This document shows, piece after piece, positions 45,655-62,428 of a DNA stretch of 64,000 nt. This DNA comes from Eledone cirrhosa (Eukaryota): positions 170,872,001-170,936,000 of the forward strand of contig OZ024741.1 in NCBI GenBank assembly GCA_964016885.1, written 5' to 3'. A program made the position numbers and the translations under genes. Numbering within the stretch: position 1 is the stretch's first letter; each line of letters begins with the position of its first letter. The notes beneath the pieces are model-generated. The model was given only the letters and a program-made list of their open reading frames with translations. It searched no databases and was not told the DNA's origin.

Positions 45655-45982
45655 GATATTAACAAATGGAAACTATATTTATAAAACCATATTTATTTCA
45701 TTATACATATTTCAAGGACACCAAGTTAAATTATGGTGTGCTTTCATCAGATAAAATATAATATAGAGCAGTTTTATATATAAATATTGACATACCCTAT
45801 CCGGGAGCTTCCAACAGCAATGGTTGCATTATTTAAGGGTATGTCAATATTTATCTATAAAACTGTTCTATATTATATTTTATCAGATGAAAGTACACCA
45901 TAGTTTAACTTGGTGTCCTTGAAATATGTATAATGAAATAAATATGGTTTTATAAATATAGTTTCCATTTGTAAATATCGTA
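45652..45982. mobile_element. Palindromic HHR cassette (family F)
   Basis: Arms of about 147 bp with a ~36 bp spacer; (TA)n flanks. Confidence 0.85.
45697..45755 (-). ncRNA. Type I hammerhead ribozyme
   Basis: UUUAU-CUGAUGA-AAGCACACCA..UGGUGUCCUU-GAAAU-AUGU-AUA-AUGAA; mirror copy at 45879-45937 has CAGAUGA. Confidence 0.8.
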
Positions 45983-46069
45983 TTTTACTCCTATTATTTG
46001 TTGATTGCTTTATATCAATTATAAAAATAGTTGCTTGTTGCATCCCAACAATTTAAATAGAACTTTTAC

Positions 46070-46102
<33 letters not shown>

Positions 46103-46107
46103 ATATA

Positions 46108-47115
<1,008 letters not shown>

Positions 47116-47599
47116 CTAGCAGAAGAACCGCACTCCCGCGGTTTTCTGCTGGCATATATAGTGTGTATATTGATATACGCAAATATATATACACATAGAT
47201 ATAATACGTAAATTGACAATATGCACATAAACTGAACAAAGACTGTGTTACACTTACTTCTGTAATCAGTAAAGTAATCCATGATACATAAAAAAAAAGG
47301 CTATCATGAAGATGGAAAAGCGATGAAACTGTTGACGGAAAATGTTCATGAATCTTCACATGAGAATGTCGAGGGGAAGCTTCAAGCAGTGAATTTGAAA
47401 ATCGATGCTGCTGGTATGAATGAAGGAATTACATTTACCAATATGAAGAGTTGACCTTCGCTATATTGTTGTTTTACTGTATTCACATATAGACTTCTTA
47501 AGTTTTTGTAGTGTCCCTTTTCTAGCAGTTAAAAATAAACTGAAATGCATTTCAACTAAAAGAGAGTGATAGCTGTTTCACATCACTGTAGAATTTCTT

Positions 47600-50500
47600 T
47601 GTAGACACAGTTGTCAGAAAACAGACCCCTTTCATTTAATATTTTTATATTTTCTTTTTTTATAACTCATACAACATTTCTATGCAACATACATCTGACC
47701 ATATGAGAAGAATTGTGTTGGTAGATATACACCTATCTTTTCAAATGTCTGCCCTTGTGCCTTGTGGAATGTAAGGGCAAAGGCTGGTTTGACAGGAAAT
47801 TGCTTGCGAGTAAAGGTGAAAGGGAACTCAAGCTCTTGAGATACACGTGGTATCCTTGGTATTAGCAACCTTGTTCCAGCATTGGGACCTAATGCCACTT
47901 CAGCTTCAATTACATGATTATGTAAACTAATGATGATGTAGCGCGTACCATTACAATGCCCGTTTAGAGGATCCACATTTCTCAGAAGCATGATGCAACT
48001 GCTTTTCTTCAGTTTAAGTATGTGTGTTGGGAAGCCTGATGGGTAAGTTTGTTGATGAACTCAATTGGATATTGCAGTTCATTAACTTCTGTATCAGAGC
48101 TTCTGTAGATTATTTCATGATCAGGGAACTTGTTGACCATGAACTCATTCCCCAATCTTGATGCATCATTTGTTGGAGTGATATTGGCTATATTTTCAAA
48201 CCATAGTGGGTTTGTGTAGTTTCCTGGAAGATTTATATACACAAAATCACACAGTCCAGACACATTACCATATTCCAGACAACAGTTCATTTGGCAGAAG
48301 AATTGTGAATGCACCTACAGTTGGAACAGTTGGAATGTTACCATTTCCCACATCAAGAAGGTAGTTTGCAAATAGTCTTTCATGTGAATCCTCTGCATTA
48401 ATTAACTGTTGATTTGTTGTCATCTCCATGGTTTCCACATAGTCCCAGAGATAGGATCTCTTGATGGTTGCCTCAACTATTTGTGGTCTAGCACCATGAC
48501 GTACAACTGGAAGAATTTGCTTCCAGTCACCAGATAGGAATACTGTTAGACCACCAAATGGCTTTTTGCAATCTCGAACATCTTTGAAGCTCCTGTCAAG
48601 GCATTCAAAGATATGCTTATGTCCCATACCAATCTCATCAATGATTAGCAGGTCAGCTTGCTGCATTAGTTTACCTGTGTCATCCCTCTTTGTGAAGAAG
48701 CAAGTTGATTCAGCAGTACCATTGAGAGGAATCTTGCACTTGGAATGAAGAGTTTTAACTTTATGAAGCAAAGTGGCTGCTATTCCAGATATGGCAGTGG
48801 CAAGTGCAATTTTTTTTAGATCGGAGGTAATCCAATAGGATGTTTATGACATAGATCTTTCCTGTACCTGCACTTGCATTCAAGCAGAAAATTCTGGCTT
48901 CATTTTGATTTACAGAGGTAATTACTTTGTGGAAAATAACCAGTTGCTCAGAATTCAATGTTGGCAGAAGTTCATTTATGTTTGCTTGCAGTTGGTGTGT
49001 ATTGAAATCAGTTTCTGCCATAAGAACCCTGTTGATTTCTGGTATGGCCATAATAGTTGGATCTGGCCGAGGAATTCTTTAGTTGGCATGAATGTCCAAG
49101 CCATTATGTTGAAGTCTTTGTTGGATCTTCTGTAGTACATTCTGCACGGTTTGCATGGACATGACTTGATCACTTTATGCATGATATCCTCTGCAAGACA
49201 ATTCTTCCATTTCTCCCAGAACTGCAGAGGGTCATTTGGCATGCAGTACAATAAAATGGTGCAGAAGATCTCTCGCAGCTGAGGACCAAGCGTAATGGAT
49301 GAGGGCTCTTCCATAGCTTTGTCTTTTTCTCCATCTTCATCTAACAGAACATATTTCCTGCATGCTTCTTGGCATGTTGGAAATTCAATTCCTTCAATTT
49401 TCCTTAATTCTTTGTATGAAGTTGACCCATTCTTGTGATGTAGGATCATTCTGAGGTATTATAATTCTAATTGATTTCTACTGAGAGATATTGTTCGAAT
49501 GCGTCCAAGAGATCCACTAATAAATTGTTGATCACCATCCAGATGTTCCTTTTTTTCTTCTTTACCACTTTTTGTTTGTCCAAGTGAAATATTTAGGAAT
49601 AACAATATACAATATGTTTTGTTCCAGTGGGTCTCTAATATTCAGTTGAAAATATTCCGTCAACTGAATCATTGGCTGTCCCCTAGAAAGAACACTTTCT
49701 TCTTGCCCTTGCTCATACACGACCATTTGTTCCACAGGTAAATGGCAGGGCAACATTTCAACTGCCGGTTTTCGATGATGTAATGGAAATTTATAGATTC
49801 TCCAGAATGCTTCACTGGCTGAGATGTACCGTGCATTGATATAGGTCTCAATCTCATTTTGGGCATGGACACAATTTCCTTGATCATGCTTACTAGTGAA
49901 AGTGATCTTGTCTGATCCTTTCTTGATATACTTATATAAGTACTTTACAGCCTTGATTCTGTGGACAACCTCACAATTGATGTGGCACTGATATCTCAAT
50001 GTGAGGAAAGGGTTGTATGGAACAATCTAACGATTATCAACAGTAAATTCTTGACCTTTAAATTGGACTGTATCGGTGTGACCACCATGCTGTCTCTCCC
50101 TTCTTCTATACTCCGGAAAGGAATTTTCGGCAACAAATGTGGTTTGTCTGAATGACTTGGGATAACTATTTGAGCAATGGCGTTGTTGTCCTAGCCATTC
50201 CATACATGGGCACATCATATTAGCTTGTCCACATGGGCCATGAATGTTGCAGGATGTGATGATCTGATGCAGAATTGGATTGGTCTCTGTATCAGGAATC
50301 TCACAGTACACTACCTGATCAATGGCATCAGCAGTTTTGGGATTGCTATTTTCAGCCATTATCAGCAGAATAGGAGCATGGGTGAGGCCTCGTTTTCTGC
50401 TACACTATTGGAGCTGAATGATCGACAACCTTTTCCTATGACATTTTTTCAGTAGGTCACCCATGAGGCTGTCATACTTGATCTTGATGACTCTTGCACA

Positions 50501-51953
50501 AATATCAGGACGATCTCTAGGTTCCTCACCAGTCTGCAAACTATTTTTTATTTCATCCCTGTTAGGGTTAGTTGTTACCGTGATGAAATAAGATGGCTTT
50601 GCCATGTGACGAACCACAGTCATCGAATTCTGGAAGCACTCACTGTAGAAGCGAGGTGAATCATAGATTGAAGGAGGAAGAACAATTCTCCAGCCTGCAT
50701 TTACTGAATCTCCTTCAGCAAAAGCATCATACAAACCCTCATACTTTTCAGCTCATATCATGGTTTGATTGTTGCGGGTCCATTTGAGGCGACAATGTCT
50801 ATTTTTCCTGGGCGTCTACAGCATATTGCTGCATCAGCCGCCTGCTCTTCATGATAATGTTACAGCCACCTTGTCTAACCTGAAACCGATAACAGTAGAA
50901 ATCAGTGGGTGTGAGTGCGTGGTTGTTGTAAATCCTTTTCAAACCAACCTGAAACCCATCATACCCCCAAGGAAACAGTAGCACATAATGCAGAGGATCA
51001 TAAGAACGGTGCAACTGATGAATCTTCTGAAGACCACCATCTCTTTTATGAATGATGACATCCAAAAGACCTAATGCTGTAACAGGTTGAATTACAGCAA
51101 TCTCAGATGCCATGGGAAGATTATATGTGCGGCAATGAAAATCAGTGGGTTTTACTTTGTCAGCATGTAGGATATTATTCACATTTTCAGAGACTGGCAT
51201 TTCAATGACTGCCTTGAAGCTTCTTATATAGGTGTTGCAGTAGTGCAAGTCTTCTTGCAGGTCCTGCAGGACAGCAGCATCTAAATTAGCATGATGCAAG
51301 CGATTCTGAAACTCATGATCTGTATCATAGAAGTAAAGCTGCGCAAACTTGGGTGAAGCATCACTTGGAAGTAGTGATCCAATAATATGACAAATCTTAC
51401 CTTGGATCTTAAATGTGGCACTAAATCCTGGTGCTTTAATCTCTTTGCAGCCAATTGAAGCTAAGGCAAACACATTGTTATATGCCCATATCTTATGGAG
51501 AAAATAATTTCCTGCTTGATTGGTATCGAAATATTTCAATATATTTGGTGGAGGAGGAGGAAGTTGAAGAAGTTTCACTTTTCTTTGGAAGCAGCACCGA
51601 GATTTGGGTTCATGCGGCCATCGATAAGCTTTGCAGTGCGGACAAACAGAGGCAAAGAGACACCCTGCATTATGTTGTGGCATTATGGAAAGAACAGTTT
51701 GCTCCCTGAAAGGTTCATCTGTGGGATTCTTTGCCAGACCTTCAATTGACCTGTTCCTTCCTCTCTGAACGTTTGGTGTATTTGTTGCAAGTTGTTCTTG
51801 GTGTGTTAACTGAATTGCATTTGTAGAAATGTGTTGGGATGTTGTAGAGCGATTATTGTTTGATTGAATTGCCATCATCTCTCTTTGTCGTTGGGCGTCT
51901 GCTGCCATGCGTTGGGATTTAGATGAGAAATGTTTTCTGCGTCCCATATTCAC
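47600..51953 (-). pseudogene. Helitron Rep/Helicase, fragmented by frameshifts and stops
   Basis: Collinear ORF pieces from 50799-51953 through 47680-47991. Confidence 0.9.
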
Positions 51954-52146
51954 TCTCTGTCATCTATGTATAAATATATGTTATCTCTACGGTGAAATCT
52001 TAGAAATAAATATATGTCAAAACAAAAAAAAAAGATAATTGCTTCCTCTTTCTCTATCGTATAGATATACCGGAAGTATTGAAATATGTTTAATCATGTG
52101 TTACGAATTTTAGTAGATACATTATGTAATATGCATTCATTATTTA

Positions 52147-52222
52147 TACGGGGTCGATAAAATAAAGTATCAGTAATGCACTGGGTAATTGCTGGCCTTG
52201 TGCCTAAAGTAGAAACAATTAT
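52147..52222 (+). mobile_element. SINE 3' fragment inside the Helitron
   Basis: ACGGGGTCGATAAAATAAAGTA...GTAGAAACAATTATT. Confidence 0.8.
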
Positions 52223-52819
52223 TTATTCAAAGTAATGCATCTCATTTTACAAATGGGATAAACAAATGATATTCTAGATGCAGTCCCGCGCTCCTTGCTT
52301 TATTATAGTTTAGATTATATTTGTTAGTGTTTTCGTTCTGTAACCATTACATTAAATGAGTTTTAAAAATAAAGAGTTAATAAATAAATAAAACGTTATA
52401 CTTGTTTTACCCTTCCATCTCTAATTAAACCGAACGCTATCATGACTGTATGTGTGTGTTTGTGTAAATGTATATGTGTGAATGTATGTATGTTTTTGTG
52501 AAAATATATGTGTGAAAGTATGTGTGAAAGTATGTGTATAATCTCTATCTCTCTCTCATCAGAAATTCTATCTTTCTATATATATGGTAGTTGAAGTGGT
52601 GGTGGTGGTGCCGACGATATACCGGAAGTGCAACTTTGAAAATAAGTCAATTTGAAATTATTTATTTTTACGAAATTATTTTCGTTTACGAAATTGAATA
52701 GATAAATTATGTAATATTCATTCATTATTTATTCAAAGTAATCCAACTTATTTAAAAACGGGATAAAACAAAAATATCCTGGACGCAGTCCCGCACTCCT
52801 TACTTTATTATAGTTTAGA

Positions 52820-54187
52820 TTAACTTGCAATATAGTCCTGTACTGAGTTATTGTTAAGATTATTTCTATGTTGGACATTATTAACTTGGTGTGATTTGAA
52901 GTACTTATTAATCTTCCTCTTGTTACTGCTAGCTATATAGTCTGCGATGTTAGGTGTGGTGGAGTAAGCGATTTTAATAGTATTTTTGTTAAATAGGCTA
53001 TGGTATTTATGGTTAATTGGGAAGTTTTTATATAAAATAGAAAATAAAGCTTTAGGTATGTTTGTGGAGACATTTAAGTTGAAAGAAGGATTAAAAAGTG
53101 TGTTACTTCTTCTATTCTTCTTATGATTGTTATTTATATTATTGTTTTGTGTGGTGTTAGGTACATTATTATTTATATTTTTGTTTTAAACATAATTTTT
53201 CTTTCTGTGATATTTCTTGTGGTGTGAGTTAACCTTTTTGATGACCTCTGTATTGGAGTCGGGATTTCAATACTATAATTATATTTAATTTTATTCATGG
53301 CCATGTTATGTGAAATTATATTAGATTGTTTAGGAATAGATGACGTTTTAGGTTTAAATTTAATTTTATCTCAATGGCCCGAATGAGCAAAGACTTCATT
53401 ATAGTATTGGGAGTTACGGTTAAATATAGTTCAGTTGTAAGAAAGACTAGAAATTCTATTAGATACCCCTTTAATGATTGAGCTCAATACAGATTTGGGG
53501 TGGTTAAAGTTGGTATTAACATAAAAAGGTTTTTCATTAGGTTTGTGATAAGATGTATACGTTTTAGAATCTAAGTAAAGGGTGATATCAAGGAAGTTAA
53601 CATTTTTTTGTTTTTTATCTAAAGTGATAAAGTCTTTAAATATTTTATGTAATTGTTTTCTAGTTTTTTCTATATAACATTTTTTTTTAATCTAACAGGA
53701 AACGTGCGTCGTCTCGAAAGAAACCGCTATTAAGGTAAGGTAAATTCTTATGTATTTCATTTAAGAGAAACAAACCAACTAAGTCTGTGACCTGTGCCGA
53801 GTCGCTAGACCCCATAGTGTTATCGAAGTTATTAGGTGTATTCTAGCGGGCCCATAATTGATCTTCAAATACAATTATGGTTTTACTGGCCGCAAGGATG
53901 ATATCTACCTGGGATCTAGTAAGTTCACTATTATTCATGGCAATTATTAGTGCTTTATTTAAAAGGATTGGTGAAGTAGAGGTCTAGTAAGAGTTTATAT
54001 CAAATTGGATAAATTTCTTATTATTATTTTCATTAATACCATTAAACCATTCAATTAATACGCTAGTGTTTCCCCAAAGATTAAAATGGATGTTTTGATT
54101 AATTTTGGGGCTAACTTTATTCAATATTCTTTTACTAATAATACCAATGTCGGATCTGGAGGGGCAAATAAGTCTAATTGAGGGGTT
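52820..54187 (-). mobile_element. PLE5 5' part (Naiad-like RT, decayed)
   Basis: FDNTMGSSDSAQVTDLVGLFL, GFFRDD, VNFLDITL, NKNTIKIAYSTTPN. Confidence 0.85.
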
Positions 54188-54189
54188 AT

Positions 54190-54242
<53 letters not shown>

Positions 54243-54285
54243 TATAAAAAGGAATAATAGATACAATATACCTATTTTTTATTTT

Positions 54286-54370
54286 GTCCCGACTGTACAG
54301 TTTCGCTGGTCACTATGCAAGAATGTTATATCATAGATATGTAACATTGTTGTGAGGTAAGCCAGCTTAT
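54286..54370 (-). ncRNA. 5'-truncated hammerhead motif (stem II and stem III only)
   Basis: GCUGG...CCAGC-GAAAC-UGUACA-GUC; the CUGA segment is lost at a TA tract. Confidence 0.5.
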
Positions 54371-54583
54371 TTATATATATATAATACAAATAGTGAAAAT
54401 AATGAAATTAAACAAAATACAGGTAATTCATAGTAAAACTCATTATTTTACGTTCGTTTCTGGGGGGGTGGGGGTAGTTCTCCGTATGTTCATTCTATTA
54501 GTGACCTATGTAAAATATATTACAAATTATCAAAGTAAGAAAATATACATACGTCTTCCCCACCCGCCGTCTTCAGAAATAAT

Positions 54584-54769
54584 TGTTTCTACTTTTTGGC
54601 ACAAGGCCAGCAATTATCCAGTGTATTACTGGTACTTTATTTTATCGACCCCGTAAGGATGAAAGGCAAAGTCAACCTCGGCGGGATTTGAACTCAGATC
54701 GTAAAGGGACGTAACTATGCTGGAAAGCATGGCGTCCTACCCTCTACCGATACTGCCAATCCACCGCCC
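54584..54769 (-). mobile_element. tRNA-derived SINE, full length
   Basis: TSD GAAATAAT at 54576-54583 and 54771-54778. Confidence 0.9.
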
Positions 54770-55319
54770 TGAAATAATGAGTTTTGTTTATTGGGGCTGG
54801 GGGCTTCCTATAATTTAGCGGCTATTATCGCCATCTGTGGTCAAGTTGTCGTGCGTATCCATGCGTGTCGTCCCGGATGTGAACCAGTCTTTGAGCCAAC
54901 TCTACATGCACAAATTACCAATTATTTGAACGCACTCATACAAACGGACTTTCCCTTGTATGTACTACGGAATAGTACATAACATCTTACACGACGTAAA
55001 ACATACACACATATACAATCACAACATTTGGGCAGATATCCAACTTGTTCATACATCCTTGCTTTCAGAATATTCCTTTCTGTGGTCGGCTATCTCATCT
55101 CTGCAGACAATCCATTAACCGTTTGCCGGATTCTCTTTGAAACAGCCTGAATTTTACTACTCATGTCGCATCTCCAACTGATTCATCTATAATATATTTT
55201 AAAAAAAACTGTATTGGGTCATGATTTCTTTTACACATATGGGTGTCTGTGCGGATGAGTGTGTGTATGGGTATATATATATATTTATACAAATATACAC
55301 ACTTATGTATGTGTGTGCG

Positions 55320-55409
<90 letters not shown>

Positions 55410-55411
55410 TA

Positions 55412-55447
<36 letters not shown>

Positions 55448-55828
55448 GAGAGAATATTTAGATATCGAAAGAGAGAAAAGGAGTGATAGGTGATACATGT
55501 AGTTATTTGCAAATAGCGTATGCAGAGGGTGCTCAATACTAGTGCTGGCAGTGTTAAATATTAGAAGTGTTAATATCTAGTGGGCGAGAGAATTAGCACA
55601 GCGTAAGCACGTGGAGAAGTAAAATACAGAGGAGACCGTTATATATATATAACGAAGGATGGACCAGATGGACGATAACGCAGCAGATTACTCAATACTT
55701 AGGGTAGTAGAGTGGGTAATAGGAAAATGTATGACCCTGACGGCAGAGCCCAAGCTGCTTAGACGGCTATTTCTGGACGTCCAGAAATATATATATGTAT
55801 ATACGTCCAAAAATATATATATATATAT

Positions 55829-57085
<1,257 letters not shown>

Positions 57086-57698
57086 TGGGTAATGTATGTG
57101 TGTGGGGATGTATATGTTTATATAGGTTTTATTTCTACTGCTTATCCTTTATTTACACTGTTATTACTTTATCATTTTCTTTATATATAGATTTTTTTTT
57201 TTTTAATTCATCACTGTATTTTATCTTTATTTTATTATATATTATTCTAGGGTCGTATCCTCTTATTATTTTACGTAGTCACTGCCTTTATCTCACCACC
57301 ATTCTTATATGTCCATAATATATTTTTATTTATTTTGTTATCCACTCTGTATCTTAGATTGGTTTTATTTTGCATCTGTATTCTGTTACCTCTTTATATT
57401 TCTTTACCGCTGTTTTCTTGTATTGCCTTATCTACTTAATGCTTACTTCAAACAATATAGCAACGGACATCAGGCAGATGGGATGAGACGCATGGATACG
57501 TACGACAACTTGACCACAGATGGCGATAATAGCCACTAAATTATAGGAAGCCCCCAGCTGTGATCTGACCTAATACAAACAAACGAGTAGAATACAGTGA
57601 CACATCCCTATGACAGAATTTGTGGTACCATATAAAAAGGAATCGGATTAATATTCAACCACTCAGACGCGAGTAATTTGCACATTAATACCTATATG

Positions 57699-57802
<104 letters not shown>

Positions 57803-57837
57803 AGTTTCTTGGTGATGGTTATAAGAGGCAATATATA

Positions 57838-58479
57838 TACTCAGAGTGAGAAGAACCCTCTGACGAAAGTCTTCTTCTCAATGAATTTCCACATGGATTA
57901 TCCATTTTATTTTCAGACTTGAAACCGCGCTGTATAGCAGGTACAGTGAACTTTTTAAAATTTATTTTAAAACCTTTTCTTATTTGCTAAACCTTGATTA
58001 TATATGTTCTGGGTCGTTAATTTATTAACCTGCCATAGAACCACATTGGCATACGGTTGGATAATACATGTGTCCCTATATGCATTTTACATGTAGGGAA
58101 ACATACTTTATTATTATTTATCTCCCCTGGTCGAGATAACAATGTGGTCGTTTTAACTGTTGCTATTTCTAGTGGCAGTACATTGACCTATCCGCCCCTG
58201 CCTTCTATCTTTACACACGGCACTAGACAAAATTGTTTCATCATCATACACTCTCATCCGGGAACAGTTCTGTATAGCGCCAGTTCGTGATATTAACTCG
58301 GTAATTTTATATTCTCCGAGTGAGAAGTACCCTCTGATGAAAGTCTTCTTCTCAATGGAATGTTCGCATGGATTATCCATTTATTTTGAGACTTTAAACC
58401 GCGCGGTAAGGGTAATTATAGCAGGTACAGTGAATTTTTAAAATTTATTTTAAAACTTTTTCTTATTTGGTAAACCTTG

Positions 58480-58482
<3 letters not shown>
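57838..58482 (+). mobile_element. Partial-tandem non-coding HHR element (family J, ~475 bp unit; retrozyme-like)
   Basis: HHR-bearing segment repeated at 57855 and 58329; consensus of the two copies is ACCCU-CUGAYGA-AAGUC..GACUU-GAAAC-CGCGCG-GUA-AGGGU. Confidence 0.7.
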
Positions 58483-58799
<317 letters not shown>

Positions 58800-58829
58800 A
58801 GATCAAATGATGGTTAAAAGAGTTCTATG

Positions 58830-58900
58830 TATTTTATTATGCGCATTTCAAATATAAATATCATCATGGAATGATATTTGCGTTCTCATCAGATAAAATA
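58830..58900 (-). ncRNA. Type I hammerhead ribozyme
   Basis: UAUUUUAU-CUGAUGA-stem II-GAAAU-GCGC-AUA-AUAAAAUA. Confidence 0.8.
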
Positions 58901-58956
58901 GGGAGACATGATATGAAGCTTAAAAAACACTTGTTGCTACAATAAAACTCACCTCC

Positions 58957-58992
<36 letters not shown>

Positions 58993-59021
58993 TATATTGC
59001 CCCTTATAACCATGACAAAGA

Positions 59022-59078
<57 letters not shown>

Positions 59079-59121
59079 TATATATACACACACATATATA
59101 TATATATATATATAAACATAT

Positions 59122-60577
59122 ATGTAAATAGGGAGAAAAAGCCGATTATTAGGAAGAAAAATATATTTCTTTCCTTTTATTTAATTTCTCTTTTTTTTTC
59201 TGAGTTAGAAAATGTTTAAAACAAAATATTTTACTTTGTGTGTTAGTTAATTTATTTATTAATTAACAATGGCATTTATTTATTTATTTATTTATTTATA
59301 TAATTAATAATTCTCTATTACCAATTTCATCATTTTATGCATTATCAAAGCGGGGAATTTGTATTGGTAAAAATGTTGGAGTGAATATTATGTGATGTTA
59401 AGGAAATGGGAAAAAAGAATAATATTATTTACAAACAAGGTTTTTGAAGCAAAAAGAAAAAAGAAAAAAGAAAAAAAGGGGGTGATGTGGAATATGATAA
59501 ATTAATGAGAAAGAAAGAATAATATTATTTACAGCCATAGTTCTTGGGGATAAGCAGTTCAAAATGTGTTATTATGGCAAGGTTGGTCCATAATGGAGGC
59601 AAATGGTAGTCTGGGGTTTGATATGTTTTCCCTTTTTAGAGAGTTAATATGCAGGGGGAGGTAATTCAGGGTACTCGGTTAGGGGAGAGAGATGGATGAG
59701 AGGGGGTAATTCATTTATTATAAGAAAAAGGATTAGGTAGGGTGTAGGGGAAAGGGGGTAACTCTTTAGAGAACATAAGAATTGGGGCTTTGGTTCATTG
59801 TTCGTTCCAGTTTTAGTTTAGTCCGAAGTTTAGTTCATTAAGTAGAGGTTGGAATTTGTTAATGAAGTACGTTTCCTTATTGGTACGATGGATGAAAGAA
59901 GCATTGTCTATGAATTTGTAATTGGGAAAAGATTTTAAATTTGGATGTTGGTTAGGTGCACAATTGGCGATATGTTCACTAAAAGCAATCTTTCTCTATT
60001 CCTGTATTTTGATGTGTGATCTATGGACAGTCATACGTTGTAGGAGGCTGTATTTTGTCTGTCTTATGTAGTGCTCTTGACAACCTGAACAGGTAAAAAC
60101 TTAGAATAGGTTTTCAGATGCACATGTAAAGTTGTATTTAACTGTGAAATGTTGACCTTGTTTAAAATGGAATGTTGAATCTTCTATTAGATTTATGCAT
60201 ATACCACAGTTAGGCCTTCCGCAATTGTTTTACTGTAGGATTCATTGTGAGTGTTGGTTGGATTTTGGCTTGTGTGAGGATGTATTTTTATGGATTTAGC
60301 TTGTCTTTTGCTCTTTATGATGTTGTGTGTTTGGAGGATTTTGTTCATTCTTGGGTCTCTTTTTAGTAAGGGAATGTTCTGGAGGATGGTGTCGAATGCC
60401 TCATAGTTGAGGGGGTTATGTGTGGAGATGTATGGTAGAGTTTTCTGTTTCGGTTCATTCCTGAGTTTGGGGTGTCTGATTTCCTGGATGTTGACTTTTA
60501 GGGCACGTTGGAATCCATTGTTGATTAGAGATGGTGGGTAGTTTCTGCTAATAAGTGTGTTCTTTAATTCTTCTAGT
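59122..60577 (-). mobile_element. PLE6: decayed Neptune-like PLE 3' part
   Basis: RNYPPSLI, LPYISTHNP, CGRPNCGIC, FTCASENL, TCSGCQEHYI, KETYFINKFQPLLN; 3' end similar to 43262-43375. Confidence 0.8.
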
Positions 60578-61177
60578 CATGTGTAGCATGTGTGCATAGG
60601 GTGCCATCTCCATATGCCTAATTTACCAATTGATTTTAATTTATATACTGAAACCTTTTCATCAAGGCACGTAATATTGTTCAAATTTTTGCGTTGATTA
60701 ATCTGTGCTGTACAGGATATTGTTTTAATATGCATCCAGAATAGTTTCAATAGATATATGTATACTTTTGTCAGCCCATAACATTTAAACACTTATGTGA
60801 AGTTGTGTGGGCTGGGCACCCAGTCCAATTTTTTAGTAACTGATTGTGTTTGTAATATTCATGTTAGTCTGTTTCTTTCTCTGAACAGTTTAATTTTCAT
60901 GATTGCCATTTGCACACATGATCACCTAGCCAAATACATCAGTAATTAGGTGTATAAAAAATAATTTGTAATCTGGGTCCCGAGGCTGTATGTTTCGACA
61001 CAGCAGCGCGTAATTATTCTGTATCTCATTGATTTCTAGAAGAAATGTTTATATGAGCAAACCAGTTGCCATTTATAGCAGCACATAATATTTTTTCTGT
61101 CCCAAACAGCTATCTCCTTAATTAGTAATTATGATGGGTATGTCGACTGACTTTCCTTGAGTTGATATATATATATG

Positions 61178-61276
<99 letters not shown>

Positions 61277-61301
61277 TATATATATACATTATATATATAT
61301 A

Positions 61302-61449
<148 letters not shown>

Positions 61450-61452
61450 CAC

Positions 61453-61891
<439 letters not shown>

Positions 61892-62129
61892 GTAGAAGTG
61901 GTTGCTGTATATTTACACCACGACAGTCATTTCTCCGTGTGACATTGTATATTGTTTAGCAACAACACCATGTGCGGCTACTAGTCACGTGTGTGATATA
62001 CTTTACAGAAATGTGACATAAACGACATATTATTTTCCAACTTGTGACTTGAAGAACTCTATATTGTTTGTTTAATGAGATATCTCAACTCCAATACTAC
62101 AGGTATGAGGTTACAATGTCTCAGGAAAG

Positions 62130-62428
62130 AATCGCTGTACAGATTTTACGGGCAAAGTCATCGGACAGGAGACGCACTGGTTGATCCCTAGCAAGGTGTT
62201 TGGATAACATCCATGATCTTGGTTGGTTTTATTTGGGGATCCAGGCGAATCAATTGTGAGACGATGGCTTCTGACAGGATCCGCTGGAAGATGTGTTTGA
62301 GGACTCTGCTCTCATGAGCCTCCCAGGAATACGTGGGCGAAGAAGAAGAAGAAGAAGAAGAAGAAGAAGAAGAAGAAGAAGAAGAAGAAGAAGAAGAAGA
62401 AGAAGAAGAAGAAGAAAAAGAAGAAGAA
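62130..62428 (+). mobile_element. RTE-like LINE 3' end with (GAA)n tail
   Basis: GKV.G.RR.G....C.DNI and A.DRIRWK-like remnants followed by (AGA)n. Confidence 0.55.

Larger units (their letters stand above)
47116..52819 (-). mobile_element. Autonomous-type Helitron (Rep-PIF1 helicase), decayed, both ends intact
   Basis: A|TCTAAACTATAATAAAG at 52819; 3' hairpin CCGCGGGAGTGCGG then CTAG|T at 47116; YFITVTTNP, YLYKYIKKG, AGTGK, IIDEIGM, GDWKQILPV, HKAQGQT. Confidence 0.93.
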
